A stretch of DNA of 52,448 nucleotides. Origin: Pseudomonadota bacterium. Lineage in GTDB: Bacteria; Bdellovibrionota_F; JAHFAK01; JBDREC01. A program made the position numbers and the translations under genes. The notes below the pieces were generated by a model. That model searched no databases, had not been told where the DNA came from, and was given only the letters and a program-made list of their open reading frames with translations. The DNA is taken from the NCBI GenBank assembly GCA_043820105.1, contig JBDREC010000108.1:1-52448 (forward strand), written 5' to 3'. Every line of letters begins with the position of its first letter. The first letter of the stretch is position 1. Positions 19,529 through 28,697 of the stretch are shown piece by piece.

Positions 19529-20530
19529 ATGAGTGCTAAAAAACCAAATATTAAGTTTAATAAGAAAATTATTCTCTTATTATCATTAATTCTTTTATTA
19601 ATTTTTGCTTCTTTTGGAGTCATTGGAAGTGGTCGTGGTGGCTGTTCAAGTTCCACAAACGAAACATCCTGGGATTCTGGTTTAATGGAGTCTATTGCAA
19701 GTGAGGGTGCTACAGCTACTGTTGAAGTAAAATTTACTACTGAATACCCAGTTGGTGATTATGTTACAATTGTTGCAAGTGCAGCAGGTGAAACTTCTCA
19801 GACAGTATCATTTTCTACTGTAGCTGCTCAAACCTTTTATGATTCTTCTGATATAGCACCTTTTACTGGGCTTACCATTGGTAAAACATGGAATTTTCTT
19901 GTAATGGTTTATGATGAAATTACCTATGGAGATGATTTAGTTGTTGTTTTAGATAGTGCGGTAGTTTTAGGAAGTGCTGAGGTTGATCAACTGATTACAT
20001 CAACATCTGAAACTGTTGAAATAGCTGTTGAAATTAATGCCACAGGAGATGAAGATGAAGTAACAATAAGCATGACAGCTGAAGTGCAGGCTGAAGTTAC
20101 TTTTACTTATAATGAGCATTGTGTTGTGACTACTTCTCAAAATTATGAAATTGCCTTGGACTTGTATGATGAATTAGCAATCACCTTTGATAATGATTGG
20201 ATAACTTGTAATGATGCTGATGATGGAATTGACCTGTGTGATAGCTCAGCTACTGATGCTGTTTTAATAAGTTCAATTACAATTGTTGGCAGAGAGGGAT
20301 ACGATGATGTTACAATAGATCCTAATGATAGTGAAGTTTTATTTGATGGTGATGCACTTTGCGCTCAAACAGGAACTCACTGTTGTGACTTTGTGCTCAC
20401 TGTTCCTGTTTCTTCCTTGGTTGGCAATTGGTTAAACTATTCAGCAGTTACATTTGATATGACTTTTACAGATTCAGAAGGCGCTGATGTAACACAACCA
20501 ATTAGTGTGACAATTCCATCCTTGGAATAG
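19529..20530 (+). CDS. Acidic beta-rich putative lipoprotein
   Basis: AGGAGG RBS; signal ending SFGVIGSGRGGC; D/E/T/S-rich; HCCDF motif shared with the next gene. Confidence 0.75.
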   Translation: MSAKKPNIKFNKKIILLLSLILLLIFASFGVIGSGRGGCSSSTNETSWDSGLMESIASEGATATVEVKFTTEYPVGDYVTIVASAAGETSQTVSFSTVAAQTFYDSSDIAPFTGLTIGKTWNFLVMVYDEITYGDDLVVVLDSAVVLGSAEVDQLITSTSETVEIAVEINATGDEDEVTISMTAEVQAEVTFTYNEHCVVTTSQNYEIALDLYDELAITFDNDWITCNDADDGIDLCDSSATDAVLISSITIVGREGYDDVTIDPNDSEVLFDGDALCAQTGTHCCDFVLTVPVSSLVGNWLNYSAVTFDMTFTDSEGADVTQPISVTIPSLE

Positions 20531-20555
20531 TGACTAAATAATTATTGGATCAGAT

Positions 20556-22511
20556 ATGAAGAAAACTAGTAATAAATTAGAATTAAAACAAATTCTTTAT
20601 CTTGTTGTATTTGCTACTCTAGTTTTCTTTTCCTTTGGAGTTGTGGGAAATGGATGTGGGGGAGAAAGTCACTATCTTACTAAAAACTCAGAAAAAATTC
20701 CTGTTTCCATGAGTTTTAAATTTGATGCAGAAGCAGGAGGAAGTGGTACTTATACAGTTGATTTAATAGCAAGTCCTGATGCTGGTGGTGATGATATTAC
20801 CCAGGCATGTAGTATCGATGCTTCAACAAGTTCTTGCACTTTTGAAGGCCTGTCAATTGGGATTTATCAAATTACTGGAAATGTTAGCAATTCAGATGGT
20901 GAATTAATTGGATATGTTGTTGCTGTGTCCTGGACAATAAGTTCAACAACAACTTCAGAAACTTTAGCAATTAATTTTTCGACAACTTCAGGTGCCATTT
21001 TTGTTGAACCAGATATTGATGCTTCTATCATGTATGAATATTATTATGGTCCCACACCAGTATACACTCAAGATAAGATATCAAAATATTTTGATGCAGT
21101 TACTTCAGTATCAACAATAACTTTAGAAAATCCAATTACCTTTACTGATGATGATTCATATTTTTATTGTGATGATTCAAGTTTAGTAAGTTTAGAGGTT
21201 ATGGTTTGGGATGAAAGTGAGACTGATTCATACGATGCAATTAGCGATGTTTTATATTATAGCTCTGATGGATATACAGCTACTGACTGTAGTGTTGGAA
21301 ACTGTTGTAATTTCATGGTAACTTTAGATGTGGACAGTATTTATACTGATGAAGGTTTTACACCTCAAATTTTCGTTGCAACTTTAACTGCAACTGACAC
21401 AGATTCAAATGTAACAGAGATTTCAATAAGGGTTGATTTATCTGACATTGTTGAACCAAGTCATCCTGAAGCAGAGTTTGATGTTGTTTATAATGTAGAT
21501 CCAGGAGATGATGCAATGACTGCTCGGACAGGTTATTGGCTTGATAGTGCCATTAATCCAATTAACGGAGATATTCACTTAAGTTATTATGACATAAGTT
21601 ATACTGGTTTAGCTTATGCCCTTTGTGAAGGCGGTAATCTAGAGAATTGTACAATTACAGAAATTGATAGAGTGAACCTCAGTGGCCGATATTCTGGCAT
21701 TGCACTTGATTCCAACTATTATCCTCATATGATACATTGTGAAACTATTACAGGTGATTTGAAATATGTAACAAACGCTAGTGGTGGGTGGGCATATACT
21801 ACTATTGCTTCAGGTGTTAATTCTAGGTTTTCCTCAATAGCTGTGGATAAATTGGACCATGTTCATGTCAGTTTTTATGATAATGTTGCTGGTTACTTGT
21901 ATTATTCCTACTATGATGGAGTATCTTGGACTACTGTACCTGTTGAAACTTCTGTTAATGTCGGGCAATATTCAAAAATCGCTGTTGATTCAGCTAATAA
22001 TCCATATATAGCCGCCTTTAATTCAAGCACAGGAGATCTTGAGCTGTTTTATTTAAGTGGTAGTAGCTGGACAAGAGAACCTGTTGATACACCAGGATGG
22101 ACCGGATTGTATTTAGACATTGGAATTGATAGTAATGATGTTATTCACCTTTCTTATTATTCAAGTGGCTATAGTGGAAGTTTAAAATATGCCTTTGGAA
22201 ATCCTGGAACCTGGAGTATTGCTTATATTGATTCAACTGCTAAGGCTGGTCAATGGACATCTTTGTTTGTTGATGATTATGACAATATTCATATTGCTTA
22301 TAAACACTCTTTGGGAACTGATATTTCAATCAAGTACATGCGAAAAGTTAATAATATCTGGTCTGATATTTTTACTGTTGATACATCTTCTTCTATAAGT
22401 GATATGCTATTTCCATCTGTTATAGTAGGTGAAGATAATGTATATGTTCCATTTTATAAAGCTTATACCTCCACAAATGCCCACCTTGTGATGCCAACAT
22501 CTGCTTTTTAA
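20556..22511 (+). CDS. Acidic putative lipoprotein with C-terminal beta-propeller
   Basis: Signal ending SFGVVGNGC; NCCNF motif; repeated GxYxxIAxDSxxxxHISYY...LxY blades. Confidence 0.8.
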   Translation: MKKTSNKLELKQILYLVVFATLVFFSFGVVGNGCGGESHYLTKNSEKIPVSMSFKFDAEAGGSGTYTVDLIASPDAGGDDITQACSIDASTSSCTFEGLSIGIYQITGNVSNSDGELIGYVVAVSWTISSTTTSETLAINFSTTSGAIFVEPDIDASIMYEYYYGPTPVYTQDKISKYFDAVTSVSTITLENPITFTDDDSYFYCDDSSLVSLEVMVWDESETDSYDAISDVLYYSSDGYTATDCSVGNCCNFMVTLDVDSIYTDEGFTPQIFVATLTATDTDSNVTEISIRVDLSDIVEPSHPEAEFDVVYNVDPGDDAMTARTGYWLDSAINPINGDIHLSYYDISYTGLAYALCEGGNLENCTITEIDRVNLSGRYSGIALDSNYYPHMIHCETITGDLKYVTNASGGWAYTTIASGVNSRFSSIAVDKLDHVHVSFYDNVAGYLYYSYYDGVSWTTVPVETSVNVGQYSKIAVDSANNPYIAAFNSSTGDLELFYLSGSSWTREPVDTPGWTGLYLDIGIDSNDVIHLSYYSSGYSGSLKYAFGNPGTWSIAYIDSTAKAGQWTSLFVDDYDNIHIAYKHSLGTDISIKYMRKVNNIWSDIFTVDTSSSISDMLFPSVIVGEDNVYVPFYKAYTSTNAHLVMPTSAF

Positions 22512-22528
22512 AATTAAAATAATTATAA

Positions 22529-22753
22529 CTAGTTTTTTTCAACTCTTATGTTAACATTTTGTTCGAGTACAGTAACGATATCACCTGGGTAAATCTTTTT
22601 TCCTCTTAATAATATGACTTGGTTGTTTAATAAGACAAATTCATTTTTAATCAAATGTTTTGCGTGTCCACCAGATTCCGCTATATTCGCGAGTTTAAGT
22701 AGCGAATCAAGTTTTATAAAAGCAGTATCTATTTTATAAGTTTCTTCTTTCAT
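22529..22753 (-). CDS. RNA-binding S4 domain protein (YaaA/YbcJ family)
   Basis: FIKLDSLLKLANIAESGGHAK...RGKKIYPGD; ATGA overlap with the MarR gene. Confidence 0.93.
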   Translation of the reverse strand: MKEETYKIDTAFIKLDSLLKLANIAESGGHAKHLIKNEFVLLNNQVILLRGKKIYPGDIVTVLEQNVNIRVEKN

Positions 22754-23334
22754 GTATGTTCCTCACAATTATATCTTATTTCACTATTTGAGATTCTTAT
22801 TTTAGTGAAATTACAATAATGTGGTTTAGTGGATTTTGCAAATTTATTAAAAATAAAATTATGACAAGTTAAGCAAATATTACTTTCACTAATAATTTTT
22901 TTATTTTGCAGTTCAATGATTAATTTATATAAAAAATTAAGTCCATTATCTTTTTCTGTGAAAGTCAATTTTTTTAAAATATCTTCAAGTGTATTGTTCC
23001 AAGAATTAAATTTTGCAAGAAGCTTTTTGCCTTTAGCAGTTATTTGGATGTTTGTTTTTCTTTTGTCTGTAGAATAAGCTTGTTTTTTTATATATTTTTT
23101 TGATTCTAGAGAATTTAAAGTTTCTGTTAGTGTTGGTTTTGTTAGCCCAAAATAAATGGCGATTTTAGCATTGAAACAATCTTCTTTTTTGTTGTTTTTT
23201 AGATAAAGTAATATGTGCTGTTGAATTGGGGATATATTTGCTTTTTTTGTTTCATTCCAAAGAATAGTCTTAAAAGCATGAAAAGTTCTTTCAAAGCAAA
23301 AAAGCAAGTTATCATCTAATTTATTGTTGACCAA
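22750..23334 (-). CDS. MarR family regulator with C-terminal Cys/His motif
   Basis: ISPIQQHILLYL, FGLTKPTLTETLNSLESKKYI, DKRK...ITAKG wing; tail CLTCHNF...HYCNF...RYNCEEH. Confidence 0.88.
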   Translation of the reverse strand: MVNNKLDDNLLFCFERTFHAFKTILWNETKKANISPIQQHILLYLKNNKKEDCFNAKIAIYFGLTKPTLTETLNSLESKKYIKKQAYSTDKRKTNIQITAKGKKLLAKFNSWNNTLEDILKKLTFTEKDNGLNFLYKLIIELQNKKIISESNICLTCHNFIFNKFAKSTKPHYCNFTKIRISNSEIRYNCEEHT

Positions 23335-23363
23335 ATTAAATTTCTTTCTTATATAATAAATTA

Positions 23364-23378
23364 GTTAGGAATCCTAAC
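23364..23378. promoter_or_regulatory. Palindromic operator, probably for the MarR regulator
   Basis: GTTAGGA-A-TCCTAAC in the 73-bp gap between divergent genes. Confidence 0.7.
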
Positions 23379-23407
23379 AATAATAGAAAAACTTATCAAT
23401 AAGTCAA

Positions 23408-24022
23408 ATGTTAAAATGGAAAGTTTTTATGTTTAAAAAGCTTAAAATAAATCTTCCTAAATCATATGTTCTTTATCTATTATTTATTATAATTGGCATA
23501 TTGTTAGCGGTCCCACTTTTTAGCACATTTTACTATGCAATGGTTAGAACATCTACACCAGAGTTTTGTGCATCCTGCCATGAAATACATCATGCATATG
23601 ATACTTGGATGACCTCAAGTCATCATAACAATGAAAAAGGAGTAGTAGCTGATTGTATGGATTGTCATATTGCTTCTCCAAGAGACTTGTTTGATTTTTT
23701 TTATTCTAAAACTTTACATGGTGCCAAGGATGTATTTCTACATTTTTTTAAATCAGAGCATAATATCGAAGAAATGAAAAAAAATGCGGTTTTAGGAATA
23801 AAAAATAACCAATGCCTAAAGTGTCATAGAAATTTATTATATATTCCAGGAAATAAAAAAGCATATAAAGCACATAAGGCAATTTTGAATCCGAAACATG
23901 AAGGAAAAAAACATCGTTGTTTAGACTGCCATAAAAACCTTGTTCACAATGACCGTGAACTTTATTTTGAAGATAAATTTATAAAGAAAAAAGTTTATGA
24001 AGGAGACTTAGATGAAAATTAA
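23408..24022 (+). CDS. NapC/NirT (NrfH-like) membrane tetraheme cytochrome c
   Basis: N-terminal TM helix; TSTPEFCASCH, CMDCH, CLKCH, CLDCH (four CxxCH). Start may be ATG 23429. Confidence 0.93.
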   Translation: MLKWKVFMFKKLKINLPKSYVLYLLFIIIGILLAVPLFSTFYYAMVRTSTPEFCASCHEIHHAYDTWMTSSHHNNEKGVVADCMDCHIASPRDLFDFFYSKTLHGAKDVFLHFFKSEHNIEEMKKNAVLGIKNNQCLKCHRNLLYIPGNKKAYKAHKAILNPKHEGKKHRCLDCHKNLVHNDRELYFEDKFIKKKVYEGDLDEN

Positions 24023-25406
24023 AGCAATTATTATAGTAGGATTTTTAACAGTAATAACATTTATTACTATAGCTATTAATAATGATACGGTTAAATCTAA
24101 TTCTGAAAATAATATGACTAAGAAGATGGATTATAAAATTATAAGAGGTCTTTCTGAAGAGGAAAAAGCTTGTATTCAGTGCCATAAAGAAACAAGTCAC
24201 GGAATATTTGCAGATTGGGCAAGCTCTGCTCACGCTAAAGCAAATGTGACTTGTCTTGATTGTCACAAAGCTGAAAAGACAGATAAAGATATAAGTGTGG
24301 AGCATGCAAAATATTATAAGCGCTCAGATCTTCCCTATGGTAACATGAAATATCATATTGATATTACAGCTGTTGTAACACCTAAAGATTGTTCAAAATG
24401 TCATCCTGATGAAGCCTTTGAGTATTCAAAAAGCAAGCATGCAAATACACATAAAATTATGTGGGCTATTGATCCTTGGCTTAATAATGGTATGAATTCT
24501 GATAATGAAAGAAATGCTGGTTGTTATGCATGTCACGGAACTGTTTTAAAAATGAAAGATGGAAAGCTTGATCCAGAAACTTGGCCAAATGTTGGAGTTG
24601 GAAGAATAAACCTTGATGGATCAAAAGGTAGCTGTACAAGCTGTCATACAAGACACAAGTTTTCAACAGCTGAAGCAAGAAAACCAGAGGCCTGTGGTCA
24701 ATGTCACTTAGGACCTGATCATCCTCAAAAAGAAATCTATGAAGAATCAAAACATGGCGCTATATATGCAATGGAAGGACATAAATGGAACTTTGATGCA
24801 GCTCCTGAAACATGGACTCCTGGGGTTGACTATCGTTCTCCAACATGTGCTACCTGCCATATGTCAGGTATTGGAAAAGTAGGGACAAGTCATGATGTAA
24901 CAGAAAGATTGTCATGGGAAACTCAGGCTCCATTGACTGTTAGACCAAATGACTTCAAACCATTTCCAGCACAAGTTGACTGGAAAGAAGAAAGAGCAAA
25001 AATGGAAAATGTATGCTTACAGTGTCACAGCACAAACTGGACAAAGGGTCATTTTGTAAAAATGGATAAGGCTGTGCATGAATACAATGATGTATATTTT
25101 AAACCTGCTAAAGCCAAACTTGATGAACTCTATGCAAAAGGCTTACTTGATAAATCAAAATTTTTTGATGAAGACTTAGAAGTTGAGTTTTATGAGCTTT
25201 GGCATCATGAAGGAAGAAGGGCTAGAATGGGAACAGCTATGATGGCTCCTGATTATGCTTGGTGGCATGGTTTTTACGAGTGTAAAAAAAGGTTTAATAG
25301 GTTTATGTTTGAATCTGATGAAGCAATTAAATCAGGAAAAAAAGCTCATGTTTACAAAGACTATCCAAATGCTACAGGTCAAACCATTAAAGATCCTATT
25401 ATTTAA
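24012..25406 (+). CDS. Octaheme cytochrome c, hydroxylamine oxidoreductase (HAO) family
   Basis: Eight CxxCH: CIQCH, CLDCH, CSKCH, CYACH, CTSCH, CGQCH, CATCH, CLQCH. Also CHTRHKFS, CHLGPDHPQKEIYEESKHG, HHEGRRARMG...PDYAWWHG. Confidence 0.92.
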   Translation: MKIKAIIIVGFLTVITFITIAINNDTVKSNSENNMTKKMDYKIIRGLSEEEKACIQCHKETSHGIFADWASSAHAKANVTCLDCHKAEKTDKDISVEHAKYYKRSDLPYGNMKYHIDITAVVTPKDCSKCHPDEAFEYSKSKHANTHKIMWAIDPWLNNGMNSDNERNAGCYACHGTVLKMKDGKLDPETWPNVGVGRINLDGSKGSCTSCHTRHKFSTAEARKPEACGQCHLGPDHPQKEIYEESKHGAIYAMEGHKWNFDAAPETWTPGVDYRSPTCATCHMSGIGKVGTSHDVTERLSWETQAPLTVRPNDFKPFPAQVDWKEERAKMENVCLQCHSTNWTKGHFVKMDKAVHEYNDVYFKPAKAKLDELYAKGLLDKSKFFDEDLEVEFYELWHHEGRRARMGTAMMAPDYAWWHGFYECKKRFNRFMFESDEAIKSGKKAHVYKDYPNATGQTIKDPII

Positions 25407-25425
25407 ATATCATTTTAATTTTTGC

Positions 25426-25704
25426 TCAGAATATATTTAAACAACTGTTTTTTTTTGCTTCCCCAGGATCATTGGGTGTTGGTCGTTTTTTAGATTCTAA
25501 TTCATCTATTGTTGCTTCCTGTCTTTCTGTGCTCAATCTTTGACTGTTAATGTCTGTACTATGAAACCTGACATTATCAAGGCCAGATCCTTGGCTATAT
25601 TTTCTTGTAAGCATTTTAAAGGTATCAATAATATCAGGATGTTTTCTTAGTGCTTCAATATTTGATTTGCCTGCTTTAATAAAAATTTCTAGAAACTCAA
25701 TATT
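25426..25704 (-). pseudogene. Probable 3' gene remnant ending in CLNIF
   Basis: The frame is open from a TAG at 25705-25707 (NIEFLEIFIKAG...KNSCLNIF). An upstream GAGGAG has no suitably spaced start codon; internal ATG at 25614. Confidence 0.5.
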
Positions 25705-25737
25705 CTACTTATTTAGCTCCTCAAATACAAGTGTAAA

Positions 25738-27243
25738 TTAAAAGAGATTAAGACAAAGGGTGTTTGAAGGCAATTTGCTAAGTCGATTTCTATCTGGGAT
25801 TTGTTCAAATATATCTGCTACTTTTTCTGGTTCATTTACCCAGTCCCTGGCAGATTGATTTAGATCTAAATAATATTGTATTTTTCTTGCCTTGGTTTTT
25901 ATTGCTAACCTGGCCTTAGGATTAGCCAAGAATTCGCTCATTCCATATAACCCACGTCCTCTGAATAATTGTCCCAAAAAACCTATTTGCTCTGATGTAA
26001 ATCCACCATAAACATCATTTTCATTTTTATGAGTATTTTCAAACATTATCTCTAAATATTCTGGTAATAATTCAGGATAGTATTTTAAGATTTTTATTAA
26101 AGAAATATGGTATTGTCCCATTGCAATTGCTGAATCAATATTTTTAAAAGTTTCATGATAAAATAGTGCAACTTTTTTTGTAGCTCCTGGGTGATCACCT
26201 GTACCTGCTGCTTCTTTAAAAAATTTAATCAAAGTTTCTCTATAATCAGGTGGAAATGTAATGAAACTTAGAATTTCCCACAAGCGAGGTAAATCATTTT
26301 TTGACCTTACAAGGCTAATTAGTGTTTCTTTTGCATAAATTGAGGCTTTAGTGGGTAGAATACTTAGAAAGGGCCCATTTACTTTTTCTTCTTTTGATTT
26401 TAACCAAATAGTAACCAGTGTAATAATTGCCTCTTCTACAACTTCCTCGTGCTCATTGTTTTTAATTATTTGCTCAAGGTTTCTAATTTCTTTTTCTTTT
26501 GGGGGATAAGATAAACTAAAGTCAATTGAAACAGTCTGAGGAGACCGGCCATTTATTATTGTGCCACTAATTCTTAATAATTTCTCTTTTAGATTTTGTA
26601 AATAATCTTCATTGGGAAAAATGTTGTCCCAACTACTGTATTTTATCGTTTTTATCATGCCTTTTCTATAGCCAGTAATTATGTCATCAGGTTCAATCTC
26701 AATGATCTTACCTCTGGGGCTAATAAAAATTGTAGCTCTTATTTGCTTATTCTCATAAATTAGACGTCCTCCATCTGCAAACAAAAAAACAGAACCAAAC
26801 ACATCAATGTCATCAAAGAAACTTGGACTTAAGATCATAAAGGGAATGTCAAATTTAACATCATGACCTAGGATATTTTTGTAAGTTTGGGCTACTGGAA
26901 TTGAGAAAAAATTCATTGGAAAAGATGGATCTTCTCCTAATATAGTGTTAGAATCAATTCTCATTGGGATAGTCCCGTCTGGTAGCTTAATCCATGAACC
27001 TGTGTTGTGAGTGCTTACTCTATAGGTTGTTGTGCCATTAGAATTATTAATGATATGCACTTTAGTACCATTACTAAAAGAAAGGATTGGATCTTGAGAC
27101 CACCAGATTACTTTAAAATTAACATCATCTTCAATTCTAAGGGAATCATTGTGCATTATCTCTTGAACTGTTATTGCATCAGCTAATGGAAAAACTAAAG
27201 TGCTAAAAAAATATAAGATAATCGAAAAATAATTAAGCTTCAT
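25738..27243 (-). CDS. Hypothetical secreted protein ending in CLNLF
   Basis: Probable start ATG 27243 (MKLNYFSIILYFFSTLVFPLADA, a signal peptide) after AAGGA; track start is 27318. Confidence 0.75.
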   Translation of the reverse strand: MKLNYFSIILYFFSTLVFPLADAITVQEIMHNDSLRIEDDVNFKVIWWSQDPILSFSNGTKVHIINNSNGTTTYRVSTHNTGSWIKLPDGTIPMRIDSNTILGEDPSFPMNFFSIPVAQTYKNILGHDVKFDIPFMILSPSFFDDIDVFGSVFLFADGGRLIYENKQIRATIFISPRGKIIEIEPDDIITGYRKGMIKTIKYSSWDNIFPNEDYLQNLKEKLLRISGTIINGRSPQTVSIDFSLSYPPKEKEIRNLEQIIKNNEHEEVVEEAIITLVTIWLKSKEEKVNGPFLSILPTKASIYAKETLISLVRSKNDLPRLWEILSFITFPPDYRETLIKFFKEAAGTGDHPGATKKVALFYHETFKNIDSAIAMGQYHISLIKILKYYPELLPEYLEIMFENTHKNENDVYGGFTSEQIGFLGQLFRGRGLYGMSEFLANPKARLAIKTKARKIQYYLDLNQSARDWVNEPEKVADIFEQIPDRNRLSKLPSNTLCLNLF

Positions 27244-27282
27244 AATATGCACAACACGTTCCTTCTCAGAATGAAAATATTT

Positions 27283-27308
27283 TTTTTGCAAATGACAATT
27301 TGCAAAAA
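27283..27308. promoter_or_regulatory. Inverted repeat, possible operator
   Basis: TTTTTGCAAAT-GACA-ATTTGCAAAAA between divergent genes. Confidence 0.45.
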
Positions 27309-27485
27309 CAAATAGCATTTTACTTATTTGCGTTATTGATTACAAGAAAAAATGAATTTATATTGATTAAAAAACAAGCGCTTATACTAATATTTATGAC
27401 ATGCCTCATTATTTGCTTGAAAACTTATTTTAAAATTGTATTAATGCAATCAGTCATGCAAGACATCTTAGGTTAGGAGTATATT

Positions 27486-28694
27486 ATGGAAAGAGCTGTT
27501 TTAGGGCAAGAAGGTCTTATGTTTGGCATTGCCCGGTCACAAGATATTAAAAATCTCATCTATCACTTACGTTATCAAGTATATATCCATGAAATGGGAA
27601 AAAATATTTTCATTGCTGATCATAAAAAGCAAAATTTAAAAGATGACCTTGATGATGAGGGCTATCTTTTTTATATAAGAAAAGCTAAGCAAATAGCAGC
27701 AACAGTTCGTCTTAATTTTTATAATAGTTCTCAAAGCAAAGCTTATTTTCACAAAACATATGGACTCGATCATTTTCTGGACTTTCCTTTAGAAAGCATT
27801 ACTTTTTCTTCAAGATTAATAGTGCATCCTGATTGGAGAAATACCAGGATTTTATTGCATCTTTTTAAATACTTTTATGAGGAAATAAAAGATAGAAATA
27901 TAAAATTTAATTTTTGTACATGTGCCCCATATCTTGTGGGGCTTTATCAGCATCTTGGATATAGAAGATATAAAGACAATGTGATTGATCCAGATGTGGG
28001 TTATAGAATTCCTATGGTAATGTTGGCAAATGACAAAAAATATTTAAAGTCTGTAAGATCTATATTTAGTCGCCTAATTCCAGACGAGCAAAATGATCCA
28101 TTAATAGGGAAGTGGTTTCAGGCTAGATTTCCAAATTATATTGGATATATTAATGAACGATTAATTCCTAAAGAAGATTTTTTTAATTATCTTAGTGTAA
28201 GAATCCATAATGACAGCAGTCCGATATTTCGAGATCTAAGCTCAGAAGATACGCAAGAATTTTTATCAAAGAGCACAGTTTTGAACTGTAAAAAGGGCGA
28301 TGTGATAATTAATCAAGGTGAACTTGCTAATGATATGTTTTTAATCTTAAAGGGATCAGTGGATGTTTCTGTTAATAGTAATTCTAAAACTTATCACTTA
28401 ACTGTTTTAGGAAAAGGTGAGCTCTTTGGGGAGATGGCTTTTCTCGGGAAAATGAGAAGGTCTGCCACAGTTAAGGCTTGTGAAGATCTGGAATTACTTA
28501 TTCTAACCCATACCTTTTTAAAAAAACTAATGAACGTAAATCCAGAAATTACTTTAACAGTAATGATTAATATTTCTGCAATGCTTAGCACTCGTTTAAA
28601 AAACACAACTCAAAGTTGGCTTAAATCTAATGAAGAAGATATAATTATTGAGCCCGTTGAGAACAGAGATTTTCTTGAATTGGGAGGGATCTAA
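27486..28694 (+). CDS. GNAT-fold (FeeM-like N-acyl amino acid synthase) domain fused to a cyclic-nucleotide-binding domain
   Basis: IYHLRYQVYIHEMG, ATVRL, SSRLIVHPDWR, LVGLYQHLGYRRY; CNBD motifs GDVIINQGE...MFLILKGSV...LGKGELFGEMAFL...RSATVKA. Confidence 0.85.
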   Translation: MERAVLGQEGLMFGIARSQDIKNLIYHLRYQVYIHEMGKNIFIADHKKQNLKDDLDDEGYLFYIRKAKQIAATVRLNFYNSSQSKAYFHKTYGLDHFLDFPLESITFSSRLIVHPDWRNTRILLHLFKYFYEEIKDRNIKFNFCTCAPYLVGLYQHLGYRRYKDNVIDPDVGYRIPMVMLANDKKYLKSVRSIFSRLIPDEQNDPLIGKWFQARFPNYIGYINERLIPKEDFFNYLSVRIHNDSSPIFRDLSSEDTQEFLSKSTVLNCKKGDVIINQGELANDMFLILKGSVDVSVNSNSKTYHLTVLGKGELFGEMAFLGKMRRSATVKACEDLELLILTHTFLKKLMNVNPEITLTVMINISAMLSTRLKNTTQSWLKSNEEDIIIEPVENRDFLELGGI

Positions 28695-28697
28695 AGA

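Noticed and set aside
22855-22880. CLTCH in the MarR tail as a heme c attachment site
   Set aside because: Cytoplasmic DNA-binding protein with no export signal; further Cys/His residues suggest a metal or Fe-S site.
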